Assembly (NCBI RefSeq): GCF_001194135.2
Contig: NC_068982.1
Location: 157,908,445 to 157,972,444, forward strand
Direction of reading: 5' to 3'
DNA: 64,000 nucleotides
DNA from: Octopus bimaculoides
Lineage: Eukaryota
Part shown: positions 38,359 to 52,723 of the stretch, piece after piece
How the letters are laid out: every line of letters begins with the position of its first letter
Position numbering within the stretch: the first letter of the stretch is position 1
Made by a program: the position numbers and the translations under genes
The notes under the pieces: generated by a model
The model's input: the letters and a program-made list of their open reading frames with translations, nothing else
The model's database searches: none
Told to the model about the DNA's origin: nothing

Positions 38359-39962
38359 ACTACATTAAATATGTTAAAAACTTTTTTTTATTTACTTTGG
38401 AAAGAGCAGATCACGAAGACCCTGCTTGATTGGTGAAGCTGTTAGAAATTATTGCTAAATTTTCTACAAACCACCACACTTTACTTCCTTAAATAATCGA
38501 AAAATCACATTAGGTAATGGATTTCTAGATATTAGCAAAAGAAACTTTAGAATGTTCACTGATGCATGTAATGCTTCTATTCATAAATCGGCACAATTAC
38601 GGATGATTTGGCTTTAAATCGCAACAGCAACAACTGAGGAAGAATAGAAATTATTTTCAAATCTGAACGCAAAGAGAGAGGATATCTCTTTACGGGCAAT
38701 CATTTTATTCATTGTTCTGTCGCCATTTCGTCCATCGTTCTGCCGTATTTACTATGAGAAATGTAATAAAATTTCTTATTGTGTCGTGGGAGGGCTATCA
38801 CGCCAATGATAATAAATACATGCACTGGTTCAAATTCCATTTTTTCGTTTGTCACTCAGTAAAATATTTAACCAACTAACTCATCGATAGTTTGTATAGA
38901 GTGTTGGTTAAAATGTCAATCAATTGTTTATTTGTCAAAGTCCTATCCTCACTATTCGTGACTTCATCAATGACACACCCTCTCTCTTCAAGGTCTACCG
39001 TCAGTTAGTTTCCCTTTCTCTTCTTCTCTCATATTTCTTCTGACTGTATTCATTTGACTCTTAATCTTATTGACTTCTTTCTCATTTCATTCTAAAATTT
39101 TCAGATCCTGTTGTTTCGACGCCCCCAGGCGAAGAAGTAGGTCTCCAAAGACATATAAATAGAGGTAGTCTGGCCGTGGTAGGAGTGTTGAGTAGCAGTT
39201 GTGTAGCGGTTTAGAAGAGATCATCCGAAGGTGCTAGATAGCAGTAGCTTGAGACATGCCAGATCCTAACCCTTCTCTTCCAATATCTCTTTATATTTCA
39301 TGTTTCTCTTTCTCTCTTAAACTAACCCTTTATTCACTGCATATTCTATCATCCTCTTTTCCATTCCCTGTTTTATTCTCCGTATTACTGCCTTATTTCT
39401 GCTTTTATTCTACTTTTCTTCTATTACCGTTTTTGTTATATATCCATTCTCTCCCTTTCTTTATCTTTCTCTCACAGGCATCCTTGCACATTTCCTGGCT
39501 CTCAAGTTATCGCACATCTATAATTCTGTACTTAACTCGTCTCTGTTTGTATCCATCATTCTAAATATCACTCTCCCTACTTCTATCTCTTGTTACCATT
39601 TCAAATACTCGCTCAACTTTCACTCGGTCATATTAACTCTAAAGCTTTCATTTCTTTTCCCACCATCCCTCTTCATGTCAGAGGAAAGTACTTATCACAT
39701 TTCATTCTCGTTCACATAGACACATGTGTTCTAACCTCCGTGTGTCATCTTTTTCCATTTCATTCTAACTTACCCTAAAAATATCAAAACCAATATTCAC
39801 TCCGGTCATTTATCCTACACAATTTTTTTTTCTCTATTTTATCAGTACATTGGTTTTCTTCTCTTAATTTAAAAATATTTCCCAACCTACTTTGTTTCTC
39901 GAAGATGTATTGAAGCTTATATAATTGAAAACATTAATAAACTATTAGTCTATTAACTTTAT

Positions 39963-40038
<76 letters not shown>

Positions 40039-40544
40039 AATTAGTTTAGCGCTTATTTTAATGAGATTTTCGAATTCTACAAGGATTCCATATATATTAC
40101 ATTCAGTATAAGTCGTTCAATTTCAAATGAAATTCTATCGAAAGCTCAATGTATCTCCTTATGTGAAACAAAGAAAAGATAGCGATATAAATGTATATGT
40201 ATGTATATATCGATACGTATGAATGTATGTATGTACGTACGTACGTACGTACGTATGTATGTGTGTGTACATGTGTGTATGTGAACGCAGGTGCGTCTTT
40301 GCGTGTGCAAGAGTGCTATACATATGTCAGTCTGTCTGTCTGCATGTATGTATATGAAGAGTGTTCGGTGAAAATTTAGCGATTGTTTGTCTCCTTTTTT
40401 TTAGGAACAGCTTGATGTATTGGTGAATAGCCAACGGCGGCGTTGGAGAGTATAAACATTAAAGTTGTAGCTGAGAGAAAGTTAGCTGACATGAAGGACT
40501 GCAAGATATAAGAAAACTTTTTTCTGAGAAAGCGTTACTTGTAT

Positions 40545-40960
40545 CATGATGATTTGCGCTCGGTATGAAAATGCCGATATCATGACTACTGCTCAATGCT
40601 CTGTAGACACCGTAATAGCTTAAGACGTGATATAGGCAACTGCAACGGAGACTACGAAGCCCTGATATACAGGAAGTGCTCTGACTGCGTCCGCACACCG
40701 GAGTTGGTCCAACAACTGCAGGGCAAGGTGATGGAAGTCGTGCAAGGGAATTCTGGCTTTTGCGATAGGGACAGTCGCTACGATGAAGCTGTCCCTGAGT
40801 GAGGGCCTTTGCTACCACTCGAACAAAAGGAGCAAGGGGCAAATTCTGACAGACAGCGGCTAAGGAAAACTATTTGGTGAAAGCAAAGAAGCTTCTGAAC
40901 AAGCTGAAGCATCCTCTGGACTCGGGGATGATCTGGTTCCTAGATGAAAAACTTCTGCCA
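40545..40960 (+). mobile_element. Tc1/mariner transposase N-terminal fragment (DD37D/maT-like)
   Basis: GDYEALIYRK...SDCVRTPELVQQLQ...ENYLVKAKKLLNKLKHP...GMIWF.DEKNFCQD, including the first catalytic Asp region. Frameshifted. Confidence 0.8.
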
Positions 40961-41009
40961 GATCTATTTGCACAGCACGTACAACTACAGATAGCTTTTG
41001 AAATATGAA

Positions 41010-41310
41010 CTAGATTATGGTTGGAAGATTACAGTTTATTCAGAGTAACGCCTCGACTTCCCACCACAGCCCCAACACATCTTTGGAACCTGGAGCGTAG
41101 ATTCCTCACTGTATCCCTGGTAATATCTTCGTGTTGCAGGCAGAGCAGTTAGTGCCTTTCTCAACTGTACCCCAACACAGTAACCAATAGGATTACAATC
41201 GGAGGAATTAGGAGGCCAAACATTAAGTTGGTGAAGTCGTAGAAATTCTCAGACAACTGTTTCTGACACTTTCTCGGTGCATGGAAAGGAACCGAACCCT
41301 GCTGCCGCAC
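41010..41310 (-). mobile_element. Tc1/mariner transposase C-terminal fragment, inverted
   Basis: Reverse strand RQQGSVPFH...LSENFYDFT..NVWPPNSSDCNPIGY.VWGTVEK matches the QQDxAPxH / WPPNSPDxNPxD catalytic motifs. Confidence 0.82.
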
Positions 41311-44300
41311 ATATGGCCATCCAGCAGTCATTTAGATGGTTTTAGTTTTGAAGGCTTAACCGGTTTCACGATTTTTTTCTGATTTTCAGAAGTTAAGTAA
41401 GATAGAAAGTGTTATGCAGCAACAGTCTTGCTTCTGACTGGAGATCGAAAAATCTTATGTATTTTTGGAGAGAACATAGCTCAAAGTAGTATCTGCTTAG
41501 GAAACAATATGTTTGGCCGACAGTGGTCACGTAATTAAACTTAGACAAGTTCACTCAACCATGTCAATCAATCTTATTCACAAAAGATATTGTAACATGA
41601 CATTAACGCAGAGATATAGCGAGGAACTTACAAAAATGTATAAACCTAATCACCTTCTTCCTTCAAATTGTGCCAACTAAATTGTATCCTAAACAGATAT
41701 TAATTTGAGCTCTTCTCTCCATATAAACAAGAGAATTTTCGAACTACACTCAGAAGCAAGATAGCTGCAGCATTGCCCCCATGCCTTTCTATCACACTTA
41801 ACTTCCTAAAATCACAATAGATCTGTGAAAGGCCCTTAGTGCATTTTCAATGCCCTTTTGTATATTTCTACCTGTAGGGAATAAAATAACATTGTTTCCA
41901 ATGTGTATATATTCGTAAACACTAATCAGACACACACGTGTCGTTAGCCAGCCGGGGAAGACGTTCCCTTGGGACTAAAAACAACAGTACCCTCGTCCTC
42001 TATGGGGACCGCCACATTTAGTTGGTAACTATGCTTCATGATTTCGTGCTGCTACTGTCTACTTCTCGCACAGAGATTTAAAATTGCTTATATATNNNNN
42101 NNNNNNNNNNNNNNNNNNNNNNNNNNNNNNNNNNNNNNNNNNNNNNNNNNNNNNNNNNNNNNNNNNNNNNNNNNNNNNNNNNNNNNNNNNNNNNNNNNNN
42201 NNNNNNNNNNNNNNNNNNNNNNNNNNNNNNNNNNNNNNNNNNNNNNNNNNNNNNNNNNNNNNNNNNNNNNNNNNNNNNNNNNNNNNNNNNNNNNNNNNNN
42301 NNNNNNNNNNNNNNNNNNNNNNNNNNNNNNNNNNNNNNNNNNNNNNNNNNNNNNNNNNNNNNNNNNNNNCAATAGGGATCGTGTATCACACAGTAATGTT
42401 CTCGTGTAAAAAGAGGGGAGGACAGTTTAGGTTTAGCCGTGGAAGGAAAAGCCCACGGAAAAGACCACGGTAACCTTGGTCAATATTCTCATTGAAGAAA
42501 CTATAACAGTAAGTGACTCTCTTTTGCCTTTTTGTTTTATTTTTTTTTCTTGTTCATAGGGTTTAGATAGATAGATAATTATGTAGTATAAAGGTAGATA
42601 AAAAATAATTAGTTCAGTCAGAGCCTATAGGCCGAAGTTTATGTAAGTGTTCATGGTGTATAAGGATCAAGAGAGTACCACAGTTCCCATGCCACAGAAC
42701 GGGATGCCAATCCATCGCGGAGCTAAACTTCCGGTTGCTGCTCGTGCATATATTCAGCTGCGTGGACTTAATTAACGAGAAGGAATATCTTGCCTATGTA
42801 CACAACGCGTCTCTCGAACCGGGATTCAAATCTACGACCTTAAGATCGAAAGCTCAGCTTCCAAACCATTAAGCTACACAAATCTCACATATGCAAAACA
42901 CAACACAAGAACAGGAAACACGCGCAGTTTATGTCAACGACATTAGCTGTATACATTAGATCTGTATAAGAGAGGAAGGTAAAGTTTCACAAAATTATTT
43001 GCCTGGGGGAAAGAAAATCTCCCATGAGACGATGAACAAATGTGTAATATTGATTCAATTTACAAAGCACTGGCAGAGGAAACACAAGTAGCGTTCAGAA
43101 TCACACTCACATTTATTTAAAAATAGATAAGGTCCTTTCATAGCCTGTCGGCCTGCTAGAAATAACAGCCCAAATATCCCACAATTGGCGCCTTAGACTT
43201 TTTTTTCTTGTTTCAGTCATTAGACTGTGGCCATGCTGGGGCACCAACCTAGAGGGTTTTAGTCGAACAAATCGACTCCAGGACTTATTTTTAAAGCCTG
43301 ATACTTATTCTATCGGTCTTTTTTGCCGAACCGCTAGTTTACCAGTTGTCAGACGATAGTGGTGGACATACACACACACACACATGCACACACATACACA
43401 TACATACACACATACAAATACATACACACATATACATACATACATACATACATACACATATAGCACTTGATTGGTATCCACAGAGATGTGAGTTCGAGTC
43501 TTATGGCTGAATGCTGACAAATGTTTCCGCAAAATATTGATAGTTTATCATGTTCCTGCTCTTTTAGCCAAATTATTCTGCGTTTGAGAATAAGTTATTT
43601 CCTTATCTGTATCTTATGTATATATATTAAACAATAGGGTAAACAATTGGATATTAATTAACATCAATTTAATACCAGGTAACAAGTACATTAAAAGAAT
43701 CAGGGAGATTCAGAAAAAATACCTGAGATCTCAAAGTATTATTGTATATGTTCCCTTTGAGAATTATTCGGTCTTAGTAGACACATGACATGTGATCTTC
43801 TTCTAGCACATTAGCAGTCCACCTAGTGGCCTCCTTTATATATATATATATNNNNNNNNNNNNNNNNNNNNNNNNNNNNNNNNNNNNNNNNNNNNNNNNN
43901 NNNNNNNNNNNNNNNNNNNNNNNNNNNNCTTCTTCCAGTTTCCATCTATCAAATATTCCACGGACAAGGTTTTGGTTGACCCGAGGGTATAATAGAAGGC
44001 ACTTGCCCAAGATGCCACGCAGTGGGGCCGAACCCGGAACCATGTGGTTGGGAAGCAAGTTTCTTACCACACAACCACGCCTGCGTCTAAAAACAGAAAA
44101 ACGAATCAAAGAAATCCTGGTATAGCGTTACAATATCAAAGAGTGCTTGTAGGTATTAGTAACTATTTTATTCCTGCCAGACTCTCAGCCGGTACTTCGT
44201 ATACCAAATTTTATGATTAATTAATGTCGTCGTATCTGCCCTATAAGAGGCAGGTTATTTTCTGCTGGAATGTTTTTGATTACCATGCTGCTTGATTAGA

Positions 44301-44602
44301 GTTGATCTAGGGCTAGGCAGAAAATGCGATATACTTAAGAAACAAAAAGGTTTATTGTTGAAGGAAAATGTTCACACTCTTTCTTAATAGCCTATACGTC
44401 TCAACAAATATATGTGAAACTGTCTAATACTATTCTATTTTCACAAGACTCCAAACTCTGCTAGTCACATTGCTCGCCGCTAATAATTCTATTATTCCTC
44501 TGCCATGCTACACTATTTAACGGAAATATTTAATAAGTAGCACAAGCTGGCTGAATTAATGTAAGAGAAGATGGATAATAAACCACTGTACATTACCTTG
44601 TG

Positions 44603-44645
<43 letters not shown>

Positions 44646-45841
44646 TTAAGTTTAGCAGAAAATGGAGAAAATTCTTGATCGACAAAGTGACTACCATCGA
44701 TTATCATTTTTAATACAAAACCTTATCATTTCTAACTGCTGTTTCTGTTTCTAATGTCCGTCAGTGCTGCCAATGAAAATTCTGAGAATAATATTCGTAA
44801 TAATCTATAGCACAAACGATCTAGTACATGGAGCTTCATCAGGGTGAAGAGAAATGCATATAATGAAGAGAAAAGAACAGGGCCTCGAGATGAGGAAAGA
44901 AAGCTTAATATATTAGAATCAAACCATTTTGCAGTGTAATTCTTCAAGTCGCTGAGCAAATGACTAAACTAGAAAATTAATTGGTGGGTTAATCTTTCTT
45001 TAGGGGTGGCGTATAAATAATAAAAATAATAAAATAAGTACTTTAGTATAACGGGATTCGTCAATAGATCTAGAAAAAGAGTAGTACTTAAGGTTTCGTA
45101 AATATTACTAATTAGTATTTATTCCAATAACATGCTCATAAAATAATTTCAATAATATGCTTACTGATATATTATAACGACCAACCACCTATTTTCTGTA
45201 ATGGGATTGACCAAAGTGCAGCGATTAGGTTAATTGGTCAGTTAAATTTAAAAACTAAAGAACAAGCTATTAAGACCGTTATAGCAATATATGCAAGTAA
45301 AGAAATAAATAAAAAATAAAAAGTAAAAGTATGGAGATGTAGCATATGTTATAAATACCCGTAATTCACTGGTTCGGCAAAAGAGTTTGATAAAATAAGT
45401 ACTGGGTTTTACTTCAGGTTCTATATTATTCGAAATATTCTTTGTTATATATTGATATTAAGGCATGATCCAATAAGCATTTGATTGTTGTTTCAAGCAG
45501 GCTAACTGACGACCATATAAAAACTCTCTCAATGTCACGCAAATAAGTAAGATAGGGTGAAACCAAGATTCTGAAGGTTTCCATCGGTCACAATCAATCA
45601 ATATAACATCTAATATGCAAGTTCAAATACTGTGAGAAGTGTAATGATCTAGCTTGTAACCTATTTACCTAGCTCTGGTCCAAGGGACACTACACCTGTT
45701 TCTCTGTTCCTCACTGTCAACTGAAGGGTGAAGTCTGAAACTGAATGTGGTTAATAACATCGCATTATACCTTTGATCGTATTGTTTTCTACATAGATCA
45801 CAAGTAGCCACAGTTTATGAGTAGCAGAAATAAATATCTAC

Positions 45842-45969
45842 CTTACATTCACCATGTACGCACATATCTGTGCCTCGTCTATAACAATATGTGCCATCAA
45901 GAACAGTCCCAAATGATTTCTGAATGGGATATAGCGTGTTTTCACATATCAGGCGGCAGGGTGTTTTCT
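45842..45969 (-). CDS. ADAMTSL5: ADAMTSL5-like exon B (cysteine-rich module)
   Basis: poly-T ggtttcag|AG AAA...TGT AAG|gtagat. Translates (E)KTPCRLICENTLYPIQKSFGTVLDGTYCYRRGTDMCVHGECK, with the CxLxC and V-x-DGT-x-C...CV-x-G-x-C motifs. 128 nt, phase 1/0, matches both neighbours. Confidence 0.93.
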
Positions 45970-46491
45970 CTGAAACCAAAAAAAAAAAAAAAAAAAAAAA
46001 AAATAAATAAATAAATAAATAAAATAATAATAATAATAACACAAAGAAATAAAAACAGTAAATATGACGAACGTCAAACGCTTAGTCATAACATGTAACT
46101 TTAGCAGTGATGCTGTGTTGCATGTGCCAGAGAAGGGGTTGTGCTATATATTTTACTCTGAATACTATTTGTTCACTCCTACCCCTCCTCCTCCTCCTCC
46201 TACTACTACTACTACGTCTGCTGCTGCTACTGTTGCTGCTACGGGTGCAGCTGCTGTTGCTGCTACGGTTACTGCTGCTGCTGCTGCCACCGCCACTACC
46301 ACCACCCTCCTCCTCATGCAACAACAACAACAACTACTACTACTACTAGGTCGCTTTTAGTTTGCTTACATATATTTTAGTCGGTGGTGCTTAGAGAAAA
46401 CGATAAGAGAGAGAGGGAGAGAGAGAGAGAGAGAGAGCAATGAGAGACAGTATGAGAGAATAAGCAATGAGAAAGTGAGAGAAAGAGAGAC

Positions 46492-46538
<47 letters not shown>

Positions 46539-48699
46539 TTGATTGGGTTTGTGACGAAATATATGGAAACAGTCAACTGTACTACATTCTCATTTGTGTT
46601 TCTACAGTGACTTCCTGTTATATTTTTTATTTAATATTTAAAATAGCGATCTCAAAGGGCGCACTGTGAGGGGTATCGAGATGCACCGCAGATTTTTAAA
46701 TATGTAATTCAAGGCTATAGAAAATCCATATTACCGCTGAGCGAGTTGAAAAACCTGTTATTCGTAGTTTTTGCTGTACACAAGAATGATTAATAAGACA
46801 TAAAAGGAATAGTTTTCATTTTTGCGTCTAAATGTTTAACTAGGAAACCAATTTTCGAAAAGCTTTCCATGAAAATTGCGCTCATAATGTTTTTGTTTCG
46901 TATGCAGTACCCTACGAACTCAAAAAGGATTGAAAGCCAGTATTTTGATGGTAATTGTGCTAGCCCTGATCAAATCTCGCCGAAGTCAACTAAGCCTTTT
47001 GTCTTTGCAATGATGAAAAATAAAGTACCAGAAAAATATTGCTTAGAATCGATATTATATCATTCATTCAGAGGTGATTACGTTGCACCTTNNNNNNNNN
47101 NNNNNNNNNNNNNNNNNNNNNNNNNNNNNNNNNNNNNNNNNNNNNNNNNNNNNNNNNNNNNNNNNNNNNNNNNNNNNNNNNNNNNNNNNNNNNNNNNNNN
47201 NNNNNNNNNATTTTTAGACTTGGTGAACCCATTCCTCTCTATGTCTATTCACAGATGATTCCTTCTAGAATAAAGAAAATAGAAAAACAATCCGAGTACA
47301 GGGCAGGTATTTTATTTAACGACTCCGAAATAGTGAAAGACAAAGTTGACAATAGCGAGATTTGAAGTCAGGGCGCAAGGTGTCAAAACATTTACTACAA
47401 ATCATTTTATCTGATACTCTAACGGTGTGAACAATTAGGCTCTTCATCTGGGATGTTCAAAACTGCCCAAGCACCATGAAACTTGGCAGGCGAGGGTGGA
47501 CCAATATGCCGCGGGGCACATAATGATGAAAAAAAAAAAAAACAATACTTGGGTAAAAATAGCGCTATGTCTACAGAGCTGAAATATTTCAAATATTATT
47601 TCGTTACATTTTGTTTTACTTAAATCATGTTTAGTATGGATTAGTCAGAAGAAGAGCATCACCCACAGCTTTTTCCAAGGCTCTGGTGACTGTTAGGATG
47701 GAAAGAAGAACTTATCTGCACGTTAGAAACCTGGCTCAAATGCCTGCAACTGAGTGAACTCCACTATAGCTACGTAAACGGCAGGTAGTGGTTGTAAATC
47801 GGAATTTTCATGTTCTCAGCTTTAAACGTACTAATATTTTATGATATAGTTCGTCCTTCTTTTTTCTCTTCTTGAGTTGCTGTGTATAGCAAGTCAAGTA
47901 ACTATGTTAAGCTCTTCATTGTTTCTTATAGTTGTTTTGTGAGATAGAATTTATCTTACTCAGCGGTGATAAAAAAACAACAACATTACAATGTAGTTTA
48001 ATCTCTATTAAGCCGTAGGTGTAGGATGCTTACTTTATATTTAACATAATAATTCCTCATTCATCAATTTTCGGTGCAATTTTGTAGATTTACAGTGTGC
48101 ATAGCAGGAAGAGATATTCTCTTCACCTCAATAGTTATAATGAACTTATTGATCGAAATTCTATTTTTTGTTTTTTTTCATTTCCCAACTGAAAAAAAAT
48201 TGATTTTTGTATCTTTTATATTTTATAAAATTTTATTTTTTATAATTATTATTACGATTGCTATGAATAATAGTGTATTGGCAAAATAAGTAGAGCGCCG
48301 GATTAAATACTTAGTGAGTATTAGTTAGAATCTTTTACGTTCGAATCCCGTTTTATCTTTTGTAGTTTCAGCGTCAATAAATGTCAGTTAACTCAATTAC
48401 AGTAAAAAAAATCCATAATGAGGCAGTAGGTGAAAAGAAACAGACACAAACTCGTTCCTCCTTGCTTCTAGTCAGCCTGATGCATTCCACCATATTTCTT
48501 ACTGTCTATTCTTTGACATTACTGAACGACTAATTCCTGGCTTTCCTACTCAGCTTTTACTGCTCGGATGATTGTCGCGAATAATTATATTCACTAGTAT
48601 AGACTGTCAGTGTCGTGTTATATGACCAAATCACATGATTTAGTGGAATTGCGAATTTTAGCACGTGAGAAATATGTTTCGCGGTTCGGAGACAATCCC

Positions 48700-48800
48700 G
48701 CCCCAAACAATTCTCTTTCGTGTAAGGTCTCCATCATACAACGTCCACGCTTCGCAACCATAAAGTACAGTCCATACTGCCTTCACTCTCCCCCTTCTCT
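48700..48800 (-). mobile_element. RTE-like LINE remnant
   Basis: VLYGCEAWTL matches the RTE LLYGxETWT motif. Confidence 0.5.
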
Positions 48801-49626
48801 ACTTGTCTTATTTCTGCTATTATAATATTTTCAAACAGTGTCTAAGTTTCCTAAAGCTGCGGTAACTGCTACAATTTACTAATTGACTTATTTCTTTGAT
48901 CTTACATCTGTGATTGCTTTTGTCAAATATTTCAATTAATTAATAGCCTTTCAATTGAAATGACTACTTACTATTTGCTTTTATTAGTTATCATTATTTC
49001 TATTACTTTCATTATTATTTGCATTTCCATTTCAGTTATATAAGAAAGTGCTGCAATATCACCGGGTTCTTTTTCATTTTGTCCTACTATATCAGTATCG
49101 TTAACAGCACGGGGCAATGATGGTATTACTTTGCTGTCTTGCGAGGTCGTGCAGTGTTGCACGTCTATGACGACTGCCACCCGATCACAGATCCCTGAAA
49201 GATACCACCTGCAGTAACCACCTGACGATACTGTGCCAAGAGACTGAAATAGAACCAGAAGTCGACTTTGTTATCGATGCTCTTCACGGTGACCCTTGTA
49301 TTTCTCCTTTTCAAATATTGTTGGACTTGTTTGTGGACAGGTGCATCAAGTACAATGTGAGCTGGTGTCTTAAATATGGAAGAAAATGCGTTAAGGGGCC
49401 CTACACAATTCCTCAACCAATAAACGCGATTTTACTTAACGTGATGACTAGGCTTTCTCCATATTTTCTTTGAATGGGACAAACAAGTTTCTTGGCCTTA
49501 CAGGTAGCTATATCTTCCTCTTGTACAACTCTGGAATACATTGTGGAAGGTTGGCGTCCGTTTAGTGAACATAACGATGTCAAACTTTAGTTATTTCAGT
49601 AAAATATGTCATATCCTGCATTTATT

Positions 49627-50038
49627 CGAAGGCCGGATAGATGACAGAGATCACAAAGAAAAAGAAAATGCTTTCTAATTGATGTATCAATACCAACAGA
49701 TGGCAATGTTTCTCTAATAGAAACGGATTAACTTTCAAAATACAAAGACCTGGAAATAGAGGTAACTCGAATGTGGAGTCTAAAAATATAAACACTTCTT
49801 ATCATAGTAGGTGCGTTAAGTATGGTAAAAAAAAATATTCAGACAACTAACAATAACGTACAGAAAATAGCACTACTAGGAACCGCACACATGATACGTA
49901 AAACACTTTCAATAAAGTAAACATAAGAGCATCACCACAAACTACATCATGTGCCCAAGTTACACACAGCTGTGCTCGATAGTGCAGTGAAAGTACGTGA
50001 TAAAAATAAAATTACTGAATAACAACAACAACAACAAC

Positions 50039-50109
<71 letters not shown>

Positions 50110-50113
50110 TAAT
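49627..50113 (+). mobile_element. R4/Dong-type LINE 3' end (RLE domain, stop at 49918-49920, 3' UTR, (AAC/AAT)n tail)
   Basis: RPD...RDHKEKKCFLIDVSIPTDGNVSL...SKYKDLEIEVTRMW...IIVGAL...VQKIALLGTAHMIRKTLSIK* is a PD-(D/E)xK restriction-like endonuclease. The microsatellite tail spans 50021-50113. Confidence 0.85.
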
Positions 50114-50227
50114 ATAGTCGACAAAACGTAACAGCGGCTGGACGTGTTCTTCGTTGCTCTGACCTGTCAGCAGGTGAAGACACAGAAAAACTAATACAAT
50201 CCAGCAGGATCAAAAGATTTGGTGAAT

Positions 50228-52190
50228 GTCATGCACTAATAGCTGCGCAACTCAACAAGTAACACCAGAGTGGTGGACATTGGGTAGAACAGTGCTGTGC
50301 CTGAAAAACATCGAAAAAGGCAACATGGTAGACAATTACAGGCCTATATCCTGTCTGTCACTTAAGTGGAAGCTATTGACTGGAATGCTTGCAGAGCCAA
50401 TGTACAAACATCTAGAAAAAAAATGGAGTCTTGCCACATGAGCAGAAGGGTTGCAAGCGTAAGTGCAGAGGTACCAAGGATCAACTCCTGATAGACAAAA
50501 ATATACTTAGAGACTGCTAGAGGAGGAAAAGTAACCTAGCCATGTCATGGGTCGACTATCGTAAGGCGTACGATATGATCCCACATTCTTGGATTATGGA
50601 ATGAATGAACCTATTTGGTATTGCATTGAATGTTGAACGATTGCTTGGAAAAAGTATGGCGAACTGGAAGACGGACCTGACAGCATACGGAAGTAGTTTA
50701 GGAACAGTAGAAATCAGGAGGGGCATCTTCTAAGGGGACTGCCTGTCCCCACTGAGCTTATTACTGTGCTTGATACCACTAACACTGATTCTGAGGAAAG
50801 CAAAAGCTGGGTATGTATTCAAAAGCCGCCAACAAAAAGTCAATCATTTGTTATTCACGGATGACCTCAAGCTTTATGGTAAAGATGAAGCCCAAGTCAG
50901 TTCCCTCGTTGATACGGTGTATACCTTCAGTCCTGATATCAGAATGGAGTTCGGACTGAAAAAGTGTGGTGTGTTAGTCTTGAAGAGAGGAAAAATCAAA
51001 TGTATGGACGGGTTAACGATACTGTCGGGAGAGGTTATGAAGTAGATAGAAGAGGCGGGCTATAAGTACCTGGGGATTTTGGAAATGGATAAATTGATGG
51101 AGAAAGAAATGACAGAAAAAAATTGAAGCGGATTACTTGCGCAAACTGAGATTGATCCTTAAGTCGAAATTAAACGTAAGGAATACGATTGAAGCTATCA
51201 ACACACGGGCAGTTTCACACCTTAGATATGGAGCAGGAGTAATCGCATGGCCAATAGATGAACTAAACAGATTAGACAGAAGGACAAGGAAGTTGCGAAC
51301 TAGATATGGGACACTTCACCCAAAACGTGACACAGACAGACTGTATGTACGAAGAAAAAGACGGGAAAGAGGACATTTTGGAAGCGAACACAGCATTAGA
51401 GCAGAAGAAAATAACATACCATGGTATGAAAACTGCCACAGAATCGCTATCATTAGAAGTAAGAAGGTCAGGCTTATATAGGATGAAAGATTGCAAAGAT
51501 AAAGCACTGTACATGCAACTGAAAACTAATGAAACTGAAAATAGATGGGTAAAGAAAAGAATGCATGGTCAATTTCATAGGGATGTTGAAGATAAGACAG
51601 ACAGAGTAAAAAGATGGCTGTGCATGATTAAAAGTAATTTAAAACCAGAACGTCACACGTACTGAGAAGAGCATGGTCACTGTGAGCTTTCGTTCCCTTT
51701 TTCCCCCTTATTTTCTTTGTTTCTATCTTTTATTTTCTTTATTTTTCTCTCTGTCATTCTTACCTTTTTTCTTTATCACATGACTTTGTTAATTAACAAT
51801 CAGGTGTGTTTATTTAATGACCTGCCAATGTATACAGTGGGTTTCTCTGCACTAGGTGTCAGGAAAACACTGGGCAAGAAATGGAAACAGAATTGAAAGA
51901 TGATAATGAATATAATAATGATATTAACAACAACAACAACAACAATAATAATAATATGTGGTAAATATAAAAGAAAGAACATGCATTATATTCGACATAC
52001 CATGTCCCGGTCACAACAGGATGAAAAAGAGAGAGAAGTAAAACTGAACAGCTACGAAGGTTGTGGTCAATGAGGAGAGTAGACGTGATACCAATAATAA
52101 TTGGTGCGTTTGGTAGTATCAGCACAAAACTACTAACATGGCTCGAAAGGATTGGTATAAATGTAAACAGTTGTCACATTAGTCTGCTGG
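50228..52190 (+). mobile_element. R4/Dong-type non-LTR retrotransposon: RT plus partial RLE, decayed
   Basis: [62 protein letters not shown] (50854-50865), MEFGLKKC, YKYLGILE, LHPKRDTDRLYV, MHGQF; then CIIFDIPCPG...RLWSMRRVDVIPIIIGAFG at about 51980-52120. Multiple stops and frameshifts. Confidence 0.92.
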
Positions 52191-52273
52191 CTGTAGACAG
52201 CTGACACTTTCCATCATACTCAACAAAGTAAGCTGAGACTTTTCATAGAATAATAATCGTCTGTTCAATTTAC

Positions 52274-52379
52274 CTGTGAAAACTGGATTCCATTTTCCAC
52301 CATATGAAAGACGCACCCTCGGTTGGTTGTACAAAGAGCACTGGTAGTCTCGAAAATCCTGGCTGTTTGCACTGCAATC
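52274..52379 (-). CDS. ADAMTSL5: ADAMTSL5-like exon A (end of TSP1, start of cysteine-rich module)
   Basis: Minus strand ttcttttacaag|GATTGC...TTCACAG|gtaaat. Translates DCSANSQDFRDYQCSLYNQPRVRLSYGGKWNPVFT(E), matching the ADAMTS C-x(5)-FR-x2-QC...W pattern. 106 nt, phase 0/1. Not in the ORF track; read manually. The symbol is inferred from domain architecture, not from a search. Confidence 0.88.
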
Positions 52380-52723
52380 CTTGTAAAAGAATTAATATAT
52401 GTAAGCATTAGTTCAGTAACATTTCTGTAATACATGAGCTGAAAATTATTTGGTCAATTGCATTATAGTTTGTTTTCATTTCCTATACTGAAAACGACGT
52501 TTAAATTGCTAACACCCACATCGTTTTTATTTCTATTTATAGCTTCAAATTGTTTCAACTTTATTTATTTTCCATTGAAATGGTGAAGTCAGGCTGCAGT
52601 AGCGGCCTTTAAAATTTACCTCAGTTATTCCAATGTAGTTTTATAGTACTATCCTCATTACTATTAATTATTGATTATACTTTAGTTCTTTTTTATTCTT
52701 CTTATTCTTCTATTTTCTTCTTG

